A stretch of 64,000 nt of DNA. Origin: a virus. A program made the translations under genes and the position numbers. The notes beneath the pieces were generated by a model. That model saw only the letters and a program-made list of their open reading frames with translations. It searched no databases and was not told where the DNA came from. The stretch is from positions 11,341 through 75,340 of the IMG/VR virus record IMGVR_UViG_3300044546_000330; one strand, 5' to 3'. The first letter of the stretch is position 1; every line of letters begins with the position of its first letter. This document shows positions 47,381-56,830 of this stretch, one piece after another.

Positions 47381-48174
47381 CGTAGTGCTTTTTGTGCTTG
47401 AACGGTTGTGTCATGTAAAATTAACTGTTTTTTCTGTAAGTTGTCAAACTCAAACCTAATAACAAAGTATTTATCTTGTAAAAGTTCGGCCTCATACCAG
47501 TCTTTAGTACTTGCCATTGCGGGGTCAAGCCTGTAATTGTTAAACAAGTCCTTTATAAACGTAGTGCCTCTGTCAGTTACTATATTTCTAAAGTCGTTAA
47601 AGCTCCATTTACCGTCAGTCTTTCGAGAGGTTTGATATTGTAGGTCTGCGAAGACGTCTTGTAAAGAGATCTTTCCTGAGTGTTGTTGAGAGTTCCAGAT
47701 TGAGATGTGAGTAAGTGTATTCCACTCACTCCCAACGGTACTGGCATCGGAACTATCTTCCAGTACAGATGAGACCCAGTTTACTGTTTCCAGTAAAAGT
47801 TCTCCATCAGCTTTAAACACTACATCTATAAAGAACGGGTTAACAGTGTCTGTAAAGTATTTACCTACTGGACCAGCATTAGTTTTGTACAAAGCATTGT
47901 CCTTTAAAGCAAACAAAGCTTCTCTAGTATGAAAATAGAAGTCAGGGATGTAATCATGGAAGAATACCCATGCTCCATCTTTTACAGAGTAGGACATAGT
48001 AAAAGACTTATCCACTGTATTCTCTAAAGCCAAGTCTTCAAAAGCTAGACAGTACTCAGTTTGCGAGTTACTGTTAGGAAAAGATAGCTTCATCAAGTAG
48101 ATACAAGAATGGTCCCAAGACGTTGCGTTTGGGGCAAAGTTGACTGCAGTAGTTTGATTACATCCTTGTGCCAT
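47377..48174 (-). CDS. C-terminal part of the tail stabilization/muzzle protein, as a separate gene
   Basis: KSFTMSYS...WVFFHDYIP, WNSQQHSG, WSFNDFRN, KYFVIRFEFDN; TAATG-coupled to the upstream part. Confidence 0.68.
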   Translation of the reverse strand: MAQGCNQTTAVNFAPNATSWDHSCIYLMKLSFPNSNSQTEYCLAFEDLALENTVDKSFTMSYSVKDGAWVFFHDYIPDFYFHTREALFALKDNALYKTNAGPVGKYFTDTVNPFFIDVVFKADGELLLETVNWVSSVLEDSSDASTVGSEWNTLTHISIWNSQQHSGKISLQDVFADLQYQTSRKTDGKWSFNDFRNIVTDRGTTFIKDLFNNYRLDPAMASTKDWYEAELLQDKYFVIRFEFDNLQKKQLILHDTTVQAQKALR

Positions 48175-51100
48175 TATGAGTAAGTTAAAGATATATAGTT
48201 GTTAGAGTTAAGTGTTATAGAGCCTGTTCCTGATTCAGTCACACTAGTAGCTCCTACCATTAAGTTGTGATCTATACTTACTACTACAGGGCCTGAAGGC
48301 GCCGGCAAGTTTACAACTGCAGTAAATGTACTAGATATAGAGTTTAAATTGAAAGAGCCTGTGTATGTCACACCATTTGATAGTACTTCTACATTTCCTG
48401 TGTCTGACCATCCTGGGTATCGATTCAAGTTGCCTGACAAGTGGAACTTGTAAGAGACTTTAGGTTCAGGTACAAAATAGTTAGCAAATCCACAATAAGA
48501 AGGGTCTGTGATAGTACCTGCATAACCAGTTCCTGCAGCTAAGTACTCTCCTGCTCCTAATACAACTGAGATGTTGACTGAGTAGTTACCAGTTGTAATT
48601 GTACCTGTGAGAGGAGTACCAATTAGAGTTCCAGTGCTACCTACTTTGTAAATAGTTACAGGTATATTAGAAACAGCTATTGTAGGGTTTGATAACTGAT
48701 CCATTAAGGTTACTGTGATGTCAGACAACCCAGGGTTCACAGCATACCATAAACAATAGCTTCTAGGTGAATTAACTACACGAGAAGTAGACCATTGAAT
48801 AGAACTAACCTCACTTACACACTCTGGTCCACACTCTGACCAGATATCAAACTTATAAGCAGTGTCAGGTAATAGGGCAGTAAAGTCAACAAAGTATCCT
48901 GTAGATGTTCCTGACTGTACTAGGGTATTAGTAAGAGTACCTACTTCATATAGATTCCAAGAGAATGTTCCTACTCCTCCCCATGTAACGTGAGAGGAAA
49001 CTTGGTCATTCATTAAGACTACCTTTAAGTTTATAGGGTCAATACAATCACAAGGATCTTCAGGGCAACTGTAAGTTGTGTTAAAGCTTTGACCTAAGTA
49101 AGTCAGATACTTTCCTTGGTAGAAGATGACATCTCCTATCTTAACAATACCATTAGTAGTTATAAGACAGTCAGGGTAGTTTGGAGGTCCTACTATACCT
49201 ACTACTTCTAGAATATCTGCAGGACTGTTAATAATTACTACATTAGTTCCATCTGCTGGTCTGATGTTTTTTACTGTAGCTAGTATACGTTTATACCTCT
49301 GATCCCATCCTAGAGTAATACCATTACCTGTGAAAGGGTTCTTTCCAAATATCTTTAAGTAGTCCCTTAAGAACCTGTGCATCCCTGTGTTTAGAAGAGT
49401 CAGCTCTTTAGGTTTGTATAGGTACAGTTCCCCTTGTTTAGAGTCTGCAAACACATACCCTATTGGGGTTCTTATACAGGCCAAGTTGTGTTGAGTACCT
49501 CCATACCCTAGTTTAGATGACTGAGCCTCTTGTGGTTCAAACTGGAAAATGTCTCCAGCTCCTAAAGTAATTGACAACATACCAGCTTCTAACTTACCCT
49601 TGTCCTGACTAACAAAAAGAGAATTAGTCATGTGCACAAGCATTCTATCATCCATACCTTCTAGATGTTCTATGTACCCCATGTTCTTTTGCATTTCATA
49701 GTAGTCTAAAGCTAGGAAAGTTCTCCAAGATCTTGTAGTCTGTCTAGACAACTTACCTCCTCTATGTATACGATATGGAAACTTGTCTATGTACTCTTGG
49801 TAAGGATTAAATATCACATCAGATGCAAAGTCATTGATAGCTTCTGCACCTTTAGTAAACCCAAATTGATTAGGGTCTGTGTGGCCATTGTAATCTATTG
49901 GGTACATAGCAGATAATGGCCCACCTATATAAACACTTTCTAGTTTCCTATGAGGATACCACCAAGAGTAGTTGTTACCTGGTATGTCATATCTAGTATA
50001 AAGGTTAGCTACAGTTTCACATATAAATCTATTAACTACCCTATGTCCTCTTCTATCTAATGGGAAGTCTACACCACCTTTAGTTTGTACTCCCCAGTAA
50101 TAATCTAATATTCCATAAGTATGAAAAGTATATTGGGATAAGAATATATCACCTCCCCAAAAAGAACTAGAATCTGTAAGAGTTTTAACGTCCCCTGCAG
50201 ATACTAACTCTTGAGTATAGAAAGCTTCATATATGTTTATCTTAGTATCACATAGATTAGTAAGATAATTCTCTACACTTGTTGGTCCTGAAGATGGCCA
50301 ATTTCCAGAGTCACTTAGTACAGGGTAAGTAGACATAGGCAATGGTGGACCTAGTAACTGAGCTACATAAGTAGTTTCTAAGTACCCATTAAAGTATGAT
50401 AGGTATGTACCAAAAGGAGTGTTAGCACTTTCAGCTAGTGCATTAGTATCACTAAGTAAATACTTAGGTTCTTTTAAAGCATTTATATTAAAAGCATTTA
50501 CAGAGGATACAGTAGCATTAGCAATACTATCCATCAAAGTAATAGTAAACCCTGTACCAGTAGCTCCCATTGAAGTACCTGTTGTATAAGAATAGCTACT
50601 TACTAAAGCAGTATGGGGTGTTGTTAACTTGTACTGAGCTGCTACAAAAGAAGGTGATATCAAAGGCTTATTAAACAAGACATCAAAAGAATGAAACCTT
50701 AAAAAACTTTGATTAGGTGCATACTCTTCTATGGCCCAATTGTTTCCATTACTGTAAACCTTATCATCTGTAAGAGTTGACAATGTAGGATTCCAAGGGC
50801 TTAAGTAAGTAGATCCATAAAGTGCTAACCCTTGACCATAGATAGTCATGTTCTGTAAATTCCTTTTAGCATAGAGGATTTCATACCCTATAATCTGATT
50901 AGTGTACTTAGTAGGTATAATTACATTAATAGCCTTAACACCTAAGAGGTCTAACTTTTTACAACCATAATCAGCTACCGTAGGATAGAGTTCAGTCTGA
51001 CACCATCCTAATGAAGGCATCTTGTGGTGCCTTACTCTTTCTCCTCTAAGGTCATACCCTCCAAACGATATAGAATTAAAGTCATCAGTAATTGGGTATA

Positions 51101-52352
51101 CTTCTGTGTCATTATAATAAGGACCTGTAAAACCTTCAAGGGTAACACTTGAAAAAGTATTTATATAGTCTTGAGTTTTAAACAATGGAGTGTTTCCTAA
51201 ACCTCCTGCAGTAGCTACCGGGCTAATCCCTAAAGCAGTAGCATCTGCTTCTACTCCAGGGATATGATAAGCTATTGTCATATTACCATTAGAGAGTTTA
51301 TACTTAATGTAAAAGGCATAAGTCTCTCCATGCATGAATCCTTTTTTCTGACCTGTCTTATGTTCTTCAGGACAGTTTTCAACATCAATAAGTTCTGAAG
51401 TCCAAAGCAACTGTACTAGGTTAGCATACTTCTGCATGTCTAGAATCTCATCACTCTTTTCTAACTTACCAACATACAAGGCATCATTCAATTGTGTCAT
51501 TGTACCCACCTTGTTGTAGAAGATAGGGTTGACTAACACTTCTTCAATTGATATAGTTGTAATAACTTCATTACCGGTAAATGTAGTTTTGCTGACTCCT
51601 GACACTATTGGAATCTTGTTCAGTAGTGAGGCTTTGACTATTCCACTTATTTTACTTATGACTGCAACTTCTATGAAGTCATAGGTAGTGTCAGCATTAG
51701 TAATTAGTAACTGTATTGCCTTATCAGCAAATGTTTGGTACAAATCAGACACTATAGCTATACCACTTGATACTTCAGAAAAGCCTGTTACAGTTCCATC
51801 TAATCTTGTATATCTAACAGCAAAGAAATATGAACCTACACTTAAGTAACCTCCACTCTCAATAGACTTTGTAATGGTAGGGAATATGCATTCAGGAAAT
51901 AAGTTCCATGATCTGAGCTCATCTATCTGAGGATTATCAAGATTTATGAACTTGGGAAATGTAACCTTGTCAGTAAAAGCGCATACAAGTTCTCCTAGAT
52001 TGTTTCTTTGTACTTGACCTGTAATATAGTTCTCAGCTTTGAATCCAAGTTTGTAGGTTAAAGCAGTATCAATTACAGAGAAACTTACTGTATTACTTGC
52101 TAGGTCATAGAGTTTTAACCCTGAGTTTATATCATTTGTAAAGAAGACTAAGACCTTTGTAGTATCAGTTTCAAGTATACCATTGATAGTATAACCTGCA
52201 GGAACTATGTTCTTTGTCAACTGCTTAAAGCCGGGCTCATTTGTCACAGACCCTTCTAGGTCAAACTGTAAACCATTCTTGCCGAAAGGGTACGTTCCTT
52301 CCGGCTGATCTTCTGGTCTTGTGTCTTGAGACAGTCCTTTTATTGGCTTCAT
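48174..52352 (-). CDS. tail stabilization/muzzle protein with C-terminal FN3/Ig-like additions
   Basis: KGLSQDTRPEDQPEGTY start, GSYFFAVRY, KKGFMHGETYAFYI, VRHHKMPS, WGGDIF, TPIGYVFAD, GWDQRYKRIL. Confidence 0.78.
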   Translation of the reverse strand: MKPIKGLSQDTRPEDQPEGTYPFGKNGLQFDLEGSVTNEPGFKQLTKNIVPAGYTINGILETDTTKVLVFFTNDINSGLKLYDLASNTVSFSVIDTALTYKLGFKAENYITGQVQRNNLGELVCAFTDKVTFPKFINLDNPQIDELRSWNLFPECIFPTITKSIESGGYLSVGSYFFAVRYTRLDGTVTGFSEVSSGIAIVSDLYQTFADKAIQLLITNADTTYDFIEVAVISKISGIVKASLLNKIPIVSGVSKTTFTGNEVITTISIEEVLVNPIFYNKVGTMTQLNDALYVGKLEKSDEILDMQKYANLVQLLWTSELIDVENCPEEHKTGQKKGFMHGETYAFYIKYKLSNGNMTIAYHIPGVEADATALGISPVATAGGLGNTPLFKTQDYINTFSSVTLEGFTGPYYNDTEVYPITDDFNSISFGGYDLRGERVRHHKMPSLGWCQTELYPTVADYGCKKLDLLGVKAINVIIPTKYTNQIIGYEILYAKRNLQNMTIYGQGLALYGSTYLSPWNPTLSTLTDDKVYSNGNNWAIEEYAPNQSFLRFHSFDVLFNKPLISPSFVAAQYKLTTPHTALVSSYSYTTGTSMGATGTGFTITLMDSIANATVSSVNAFNINALKEPKYLLSDTNALAESANTPFGTYLSYFNGYLETTYVAQLLGPPLPMSTYPVLSDSGNWPSSGPTSVENYLTNLCDTKINIYEAFYTQELVSAGDVKTLTDSSSFWGGDIFLSQYTFHTYGILDYYWGVQTKGGVDFPLDRRGHRVVNRFICETVANLYTRYDIPGNNYSWWYPHRKLESVYIGGPLSAMYPIDYNGHTDPNQFGFTKGAEAINDFASDVIFNPYQEYIDKFPYRIHRGGKLSRQTTRSWRTFLALDYYEMQKNMGYIEHLEGMDDRMLVHMTNSLFVSQDKGKLEAGMLSITLGAGDIFQFEPQEAQSSKLGYGGTQHNLACIRTPIGYVFADSKQGELYLYKPKELTLLNTGMHRFLRDYLKIFGKNPFTGNGITLGWDQRYKRILATVKNIRPADGTNVVIINSPADILEVVGIVGPPNYPDCLITTNGIVKIGDVIFYQGKYLTYLGQSFNTTYSCPEDPCDCIDPINLKVVLMNDQVSSHVTWGGVGTFSWNLYEVGTLTNTLVQSGTSTGYFVDFTALLPDTAYKFDIWSECGPECVSEVSSIQWSTSRVVNSPRSYCLWYAVNPGLSDITVTLMDQLSNPTIAVSNIPVTIYKVGSTGTLIGTPLTGTITTGNYSVNISVVLGAGEYLAAGTGYAGTITDPSYCGFANYFVPEPKVSYKFHLSGNLNRYPGWSDTGNVEVLSNGVTYTGSFNLNSISSTFTAVVNLPAPSGPVVVSIDHNLMVGATSVTESGTGSITLNSNNYISLTYS

Positions 52353-52356
52353 AGAA

Positions 52357-52364
52357 CAAAGATA
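52357..52364 (-). promoter_or_regulatory. -7 promoter element TATCTTTG, 4 nt before ATG
   Basis: Minus strand reads TATCTTTG-TTCT-ATG. Confidence 0.6.
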
Positions 52365-52370
52365 AGTACT

Positions 52371-52931
52371 TTAGGTTAAACATTCTAGAAAGTCGTCGGC
52401 ATATACTGCTATTAAGTCATCACAGTCCGTACCGTTTATTATGTGACGCGCTTTTACAAAGTCACAACTTTTTGAGTTGATGTAAGTTTTAAGCTTTGCC
52501 CCTGTAAACCACCCTTCTATCATCCCCCTAACAAGTATTGTAGATGCTGTACTTAATTCCAAAGCTAACTCTGGAGTATTAAGCAAGTCTATGCCAAGCT
52601 TCTTTCCTGCCTTTACGTAATTCTCGTACCAAGTAAGCTGGACAAAACCTCTGCCATAGTACAACTTGTTAGGAGTGCTGTAGGGTTTTCTGCTAGACTT
52701 TATCTTTGAGCCATAAGCTTTTCCTTTTCCTTTACCAAACTCTTCTATTGGTTGCATTTTACGCGCGCACTCGTGGTAAACTGTAGCTAGGATGTAAGCC
52801 AGTTGCCTGTTGTCACTTATTCCTTGTTTCTCCCATTCGTCTACGATAGCATTAATACCATTTAAGGTGCTTTGTTTAAGCGATGGAAACAGTTTAACTT
52901 TGACCTTCTGATAAAAAATCTGCCTGTTCAT
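52371..52931 (-). CDS. glycoside hydrolase family 19 endolysin
   Basis: RQLAYILATVYHE..MQPIEE, YYGRGFVQLTWYENY, ARHIING. Confidence 0.92.
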   Translation of the reverse strand: MNRQIFYQKVKVKLFPSLKQSTLNGINAIVDEWEKQGISDNRQLAYILATVYHECARKMQPIEEFGKGKGKAYGSKIKSSRKPYSTPNKLYYGRGFVQLTWYENYVKAGKKLGIDLLNTPELALELSTASTILVRGMIEGWFTGAKLKTYINSKSCDFVKARHIINGTDCDDLIAVYADDFLECLT

Positions 52932-53197
52932 TACTTCTTTTTAAAAAGTTCCAGAGCAGCGTTAAGTATCTTAGCGCCGAATCGGCCCCAACGGCCTCCT
53001 CTTGTTGTAGCTGTAGATGCAATGTACTTATCAAGTTCATCGTCTAGTATTGCTATAATAGATTGTTTTAGGTTCTCAAGGTCTTGTTCCCCTATAGTGT
53101 TCACAACTTTACTGTACGCGACACCAAATTGTACTTTGTAGTTTGGAAGTTTACTGTACTTGTTCGACAGGTCCTCCTGGATTTTTAAATAGTTCAT
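52931..53197 (-). CDS. hypothetical lysis-cassette protein
   Basis: 88 aa, TAATG-coupled to the endolysin; basic amphipathic C-terminus. Confidence 0.5.
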   Translation of the reverse strand: MNYLKIQEDLSNKYSKLPNYKVQFGVAYSKVVNTIGEQDLENLKQSIIAILDDELDKYIASTATTRGGRWGRFGAKILNAALELFKKK

Positions 53198-53432
53198 CTT
53201 GTGTATTTGTTTTAGAGTTTAATAAGTCGTTTGTTGGTTCTGTATTGACAGGTCTGTGGGAAGCTTGGAAGTAGTATCCTCCTATAAGACTTATGCCTGT
53301 AATTGCAGATCCTGTAATAAGGTTTAAAGTTCCTTTGTCATCTCCGTGCTTTATTAAAGTGTAGAGTAATATAGAGAAACAAAGAAGTGTTATAACTAAA
53401 GCTAGTATTGATCGAATGCTTACCTTGTTCAT
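53151..53432 (-). CDS. two-TM holin-like membrane protein
   Basis: Two hydrophobic helices, IGGYYF motif. Confidence 0.6.
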   Translation of the reverse strand: MNKVSIRSILALVITLLCFSILLYTLIKHGDDKGTLNLITGSAITGISLIGGYYFQASHRPVNTEPTNDLLNSKTNTQDELFKNPGGPVEQVQ

Positions 53433-53983
53433 GATTCCTCCTTTTTAGTGTCATTAGTAAACTTGTACTGTATACCGGCTAAGGTGCTTTGCAAGAACTT
53501 TTTAAGTCCCAAGTTAAACCCTAGCTTAGACATGTTCTCATCTACAGAGAAAGCTTCCCAGAAAAAGATGTGGATAGTAATGTAGATGTGAATGTACTTA
53601 AGTACCTCAGAGACCCACATACCTTCATACTCTTTGATCAGTGTATTAGTACAGAATAAGAAGATTATATAGACTCCTAACTTGTAGGCACTTCTTATTC
53701 CTTTTGATGCGCACACAAGTCTTTTCTTAAGTCTTCGTTGTTGCTTGTAGGCATAGCTTATACCTGTAATAAAGTCTGCAGTTATTATCAGTAGTATCAT
53801 TGTCAACAGTGTACCAGACACTCCTAGGAAATGTCTACTAGTAGTACTTACACAGGCTAATACTGTTGTAATAACCATAGAGGCTACACTAGACGTTTCT
53901 ACTGTATCCTTATGAAAGTTCCACGCGCTTGTTATAGCTGTGTGAGAATCTCCTAGTACTTTTGTTAATGCTTCTTTTATCAT
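53429..53983 (-). CDS. holin (Phage_holin_4-like)
   Basis: ILLIITADFITGI, SKG...K.GVY, EAFSVDENM; multiple TM helices. Confidence 0.78.
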   Translation of the reverse strand: MIKEALTKVLGDSHTAITSAWNFHKDTVETSSVASMVITTVLACVSTTSRHFLGVSGTLLTMILLIITADFITGISYAYKQQRRLKKRLVCASKGIRSAYKLGVYIIFLFCTNTLIKEYEGMWVSEVLKYIHIYITIHIFFWEAFSVDENMSKLGFNLGLKKFLQSTLAGIQYKFTNDTKKEES

Positions 53984-54037
53984 GTCTTTAGTTTGTCGTT
54001 TGTTTAGAATCCTGATACTTATGTTTAACTTATAGAT

Positions 54038-54994
54038 TTAACGTAACACTGGAGTTTCATAACCACCTAATGTTATTGCTCTTCCTAACATATTTTGAAA
54101 GTTTTGTTCTATTATAACTCTTTGCTTTTCTTCAGCAGCAGTATATGCTTTGTGAATATAAAAACCCCCATATCCTCTGTTTGAAAAATTTGCCGGAAAA
54201 TTTGTAGCTGCTAAAATACTACTACCTAAATAAATATTTTTTACTGTTATAGATCCTATATTTGGTTTATGTCTAGTACTCATTATTAATGAGCCATCTT
54301 TAAACAATGTACTTTGATTATCTATATAAGACATTGAATAAAACCCTGTTATCATTCTATTTGGAGCATTATTAGCCAAATCAGCAGGTGCAGCATAACT
54401 TCCTAAGGTTCCACCCATAACATTTCCTGAAGCAGTTAGCCACACAAATAAAGCTGAAAGATCAAGAACTACGGCATACGTACTATTAATTATGCAACCC
54501 ATATCAGTGCCTCCTTGGCTGGTACTAAGTTTAGCTTCATGTGTTCTTACATAACAACTCATACCCAAAGATTTTGCTGGGTTAAGATCTATAAGTGTAC
54601 CTTGTGATATTCCACTATCTAACCATGTATTGCTTCCATTTGAAATTGCACCAGTATTTTTGAATCCTGTTGGATTGCACATAGCCTCAGTAACACCTGC
54701 ACCGTATGTAATTCCATATAAACTACTAATAAGATTTATCTTAAAACTATCTTTACTTCCAGTAGTACCTCTTCCTCCAACTAAGGGATATGCAGCTACC
54801 ATTTTATCCCATAAGTTGTAATACTTGTACTGACTTATCCAGTAGTTTATTGCATTTAACTCAACAGGTGATAGCAAGTTACCACCAGCTGCTGTCATCC
54901 TAGCCTGAAAATTTAATGTTTCAGCTAGCATAACAGAGTAGGGTAATCCAGAAGGATTAAAGTTCTTGTTATAGTTTGAAGGATAAGAATACAT
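54038..54994 (-). CDS. putative receptor-binding/structural protein (possible concanavalin-like fold)
   Basis: AINYW...LWDKMVAAYPLVGG...INL pattern; beta-rich; at the end of the fibre cluster. Confidence 0.5.
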   Translation of the reverse strand: MYSYPSNYNKNFNPSGLPYSVMLAETLNFQARMTAAGGNLLSPVELNAINYWISQYKYYNLWDKMVAAYPLVGGRGTTGSKDSFKINLISSLYGITYGAGVTEAMCNPTGFKNTGAISNGSNTWLDSGISQGTLIDLNPAKSLGMSCYVRTHEAKLSTSQGGTDMGCIINSTYAVVLDLSALFVWLTASGNVMGGTLGSYAAPADLANNAPNRMITGFYSMSYIDNQSTLFKDGSLIMSTRHKPNIGSITVKNIYLGSSILAATNFPANFSNRGYGGFYIHKAYTAAEEKQRVIIEQNFQNMLGRAITLGGYETPVLR

Positions 54995-55704
54995 TAGAAA
55001 TTACTTGATTGTACTGCGTATACTGTTGTTGTGTCTACTGCTGTTGCCCATACTGCTATTGTAGCCCCAAGTTGTGCACCTTCTGGTACAAACAATCCGC
55101 CTGTAAATGTCATTGTCTGCCTATTACCTATAGCAGTAGTTGAACGTGTGATTGTCGGTAAAGCTACCTCTCTTATAGGGAACCAAGTTGAAGAGTTTCT
55201 AGGTTTCATAAATAACTTACCTACGTTAGCACCTGAAGCAGCAGCAGTTAATTGACTATTTATAAAGTTTATCTCATCTACTCTTGTACCTCCTGGGAAA
55301 CGTAAAACATGTGGTGCAGTTCCTGCATCAGTATAAGCTATTGTAGCAGGAGCAAGTGCATTAGTTACTAAAAAGAAAGTGGCACTATTAGCAGAAACGG
55401 ATAATCCAGATATTATATAATCTGTAGTAATAGCCAATCCAGTTGGTATACCTGCTGTAGTTGTTATAGTTACAATATCACCATTTTTTACATACCCTAC
55501 TATCTCTGAACTTATCATATCCCAGTTAGGCACTGTACACAATATTTTAGAATTAGTACCCGATGAAAATGTAGCCAAATTAGTAAATTTACCAGCTCCA
55601 GTTAATACTACACCTATTGTTCCTGAACCATCTGTAGCAGTATTTGCTGCTGCTAAAACGACTTGACCTAGGTTGATTGATCCTCCAAAATTAGGAAATT
55701 TCAT
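54994..55704 (-). CDS. virion structural/fibre-associated protein
   Basis: AANTATDGSGTI...GTRVDEI core with an inserted NGDIVTITT..P.GL...TDY beta domain. Confidence 0.55.
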   Translation of the reverse strand: MKFPNFGGSINLGQVVLAAANTATDGSGTIGVVLTGAGKFTNLATFSSGTNSKILCTVPNWDMISSEIVGYVKNGDIVTITTTAGIPTGLAITTDYIISGLSVSANSATFFLVTNALAPATIAYTDAGTAPHVLRFPGGTRVDEINFINSQLTAAASGANVGKLFMKPRNSSTWFPIREVALPTITRSTTAIGNRQTMTFTGGLFVPEGAQLGATIAVWATAVDTTTVYAVQSSNF

Positions 55705-55707
55705 ATT

Positions 55708-56154
55708 TTATATTAGTTTTAATAAGTTATTGAATTCTGTTTTGTCAATAGTTTGTTCTATTGAATATGCTTCTTCATTTCTAGATACCGAGTATCTATT
55801 ACCTTCTGATACAAACACCCAGCCTTTAGATACAGCATTTGCTATCTCAACACTTGTAATTGGAACAGGTGTTTTAGCTGGAGGTGTTGTAGGCATAGAA
55901 TCTTCTAAGAAAGATTGTTTAAGATCTGATGCATAGTCTCTAATCAATTTAAGAGCATACTCTCTTAATACCGTGTCATCTCCAGGAGTTACAAGAGTTG
56001 TATTGAATAGAGACTCTAAAGCCTGCGCTGGAATTAGGTTCTCTAAGTTTGTAGCTGTAGCAAAAGATAATCCTAAAGCTCTTAATCTTTCAGCTAACAG
56101 TAGGTCTTTTGAGTACTGTGCTTGTTGTTCTGTTGTTAGTAATGATAAATCCAT
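55708..56154 (-). CDS. hypothetical protein
   Basis: 148-aa ORF tightly packed in the fibre cluster. Confidence 0.6.
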   Translation of the reverse strand: MDLSLLTTEQQAQYSKDLLLAERLRALGLSFATATNLENLIPAQALESLFNTTLVTPGDDTVLREYALKLIRDYASDLKQSFLEDSMPTTPPAKTPVPITSVEIANAVSKGWVFVSEGNRYSVSRNEEAYSIEQTIDKTEFNNLLKLI

Positions 56155-56155
56155 G

Positions 56156-56815
56156 TTATGTGTAGTTTAAAAATGCTGTCATTAATGTTACAGGATTGTC
56201 AGAAGATCCACCTGTAGATGATATAGTTAAAGTTCCTGCTGTTTTTGTTATTGTTATATTTGTTCCAGCTGCAATATTAATTGTTTTAGCTGAAGATCCA
56301 TCGAATGTGTATAAATCTGTTCCTTCTGTAGTACCACTATCTGCTTTTACTACAAATGAATTAGTAGTAGTTCCACCTCCTCCGCCACCACCTGCTGGTG
56401 CTGCCCATGTTCCATCTGCTCTAAGAAAATTTGTAGTGCCGCCACTAGAGGCAGGTGCAAGACCTTTTAATGATGATGTAAAAGTATCAAGCATTGCAGT
56501 GGCTTGTGTAACTGTTAAGTCTTCAACATTACCAGTTCCAGCTGTAGTCCTACCTTTAAACATACCTGTTACAACTTGAGCTAACATTGTATTAAGTACT
56601 TTGTTTGCTCCTATTGTAGTTGTTATTGCAGTAGACCCTGTTCCAGATAAATCACCACTTAATGTAATAGATTGGTTCCCTGTTAAATCTACAAGAGCAC
56701 TATTCTGATATCCTCTATACTTATTAGTAGTAGTGTTATACCATAATCCTCCATTAACGGGACTTGTTGGGTCTCCTGGAATATTTTGTAATACTAATTG
56801 TTCTAAAAAGTTCAT
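56156..56815 (-). CDS. tail fibre segment protein
   Basis: G.LWYNTT N-terminus, ITLSGDLSG, KGLAPASSGGTTNFLRADGTWAAP, poly-Gly hinge, FDGSSAKTINI. Confidence 0.75.
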   Translation of the reverse strand: MNFLEQLVLQNIPGDPTSPVNGGLWYNTTTNKYRGYQNSALVDLTGNQSITLSGDLSGTGSTAITTTIGANKVLNTMLAQVVTGMFKGRTTAGTGNVEDLTVTQATAMLDTFTSSLKGLAPASSGGTTNFLRADGTWAAPAGGGGGGGTTTNSFVVKADSGTTEGTDLYTFDGSSAKTINIAAGTNITITKTAGTLTISSTGGSSDNPVTLMTAFLNYT

Positions 56816-56830
56816 TTATATTATATTAAT

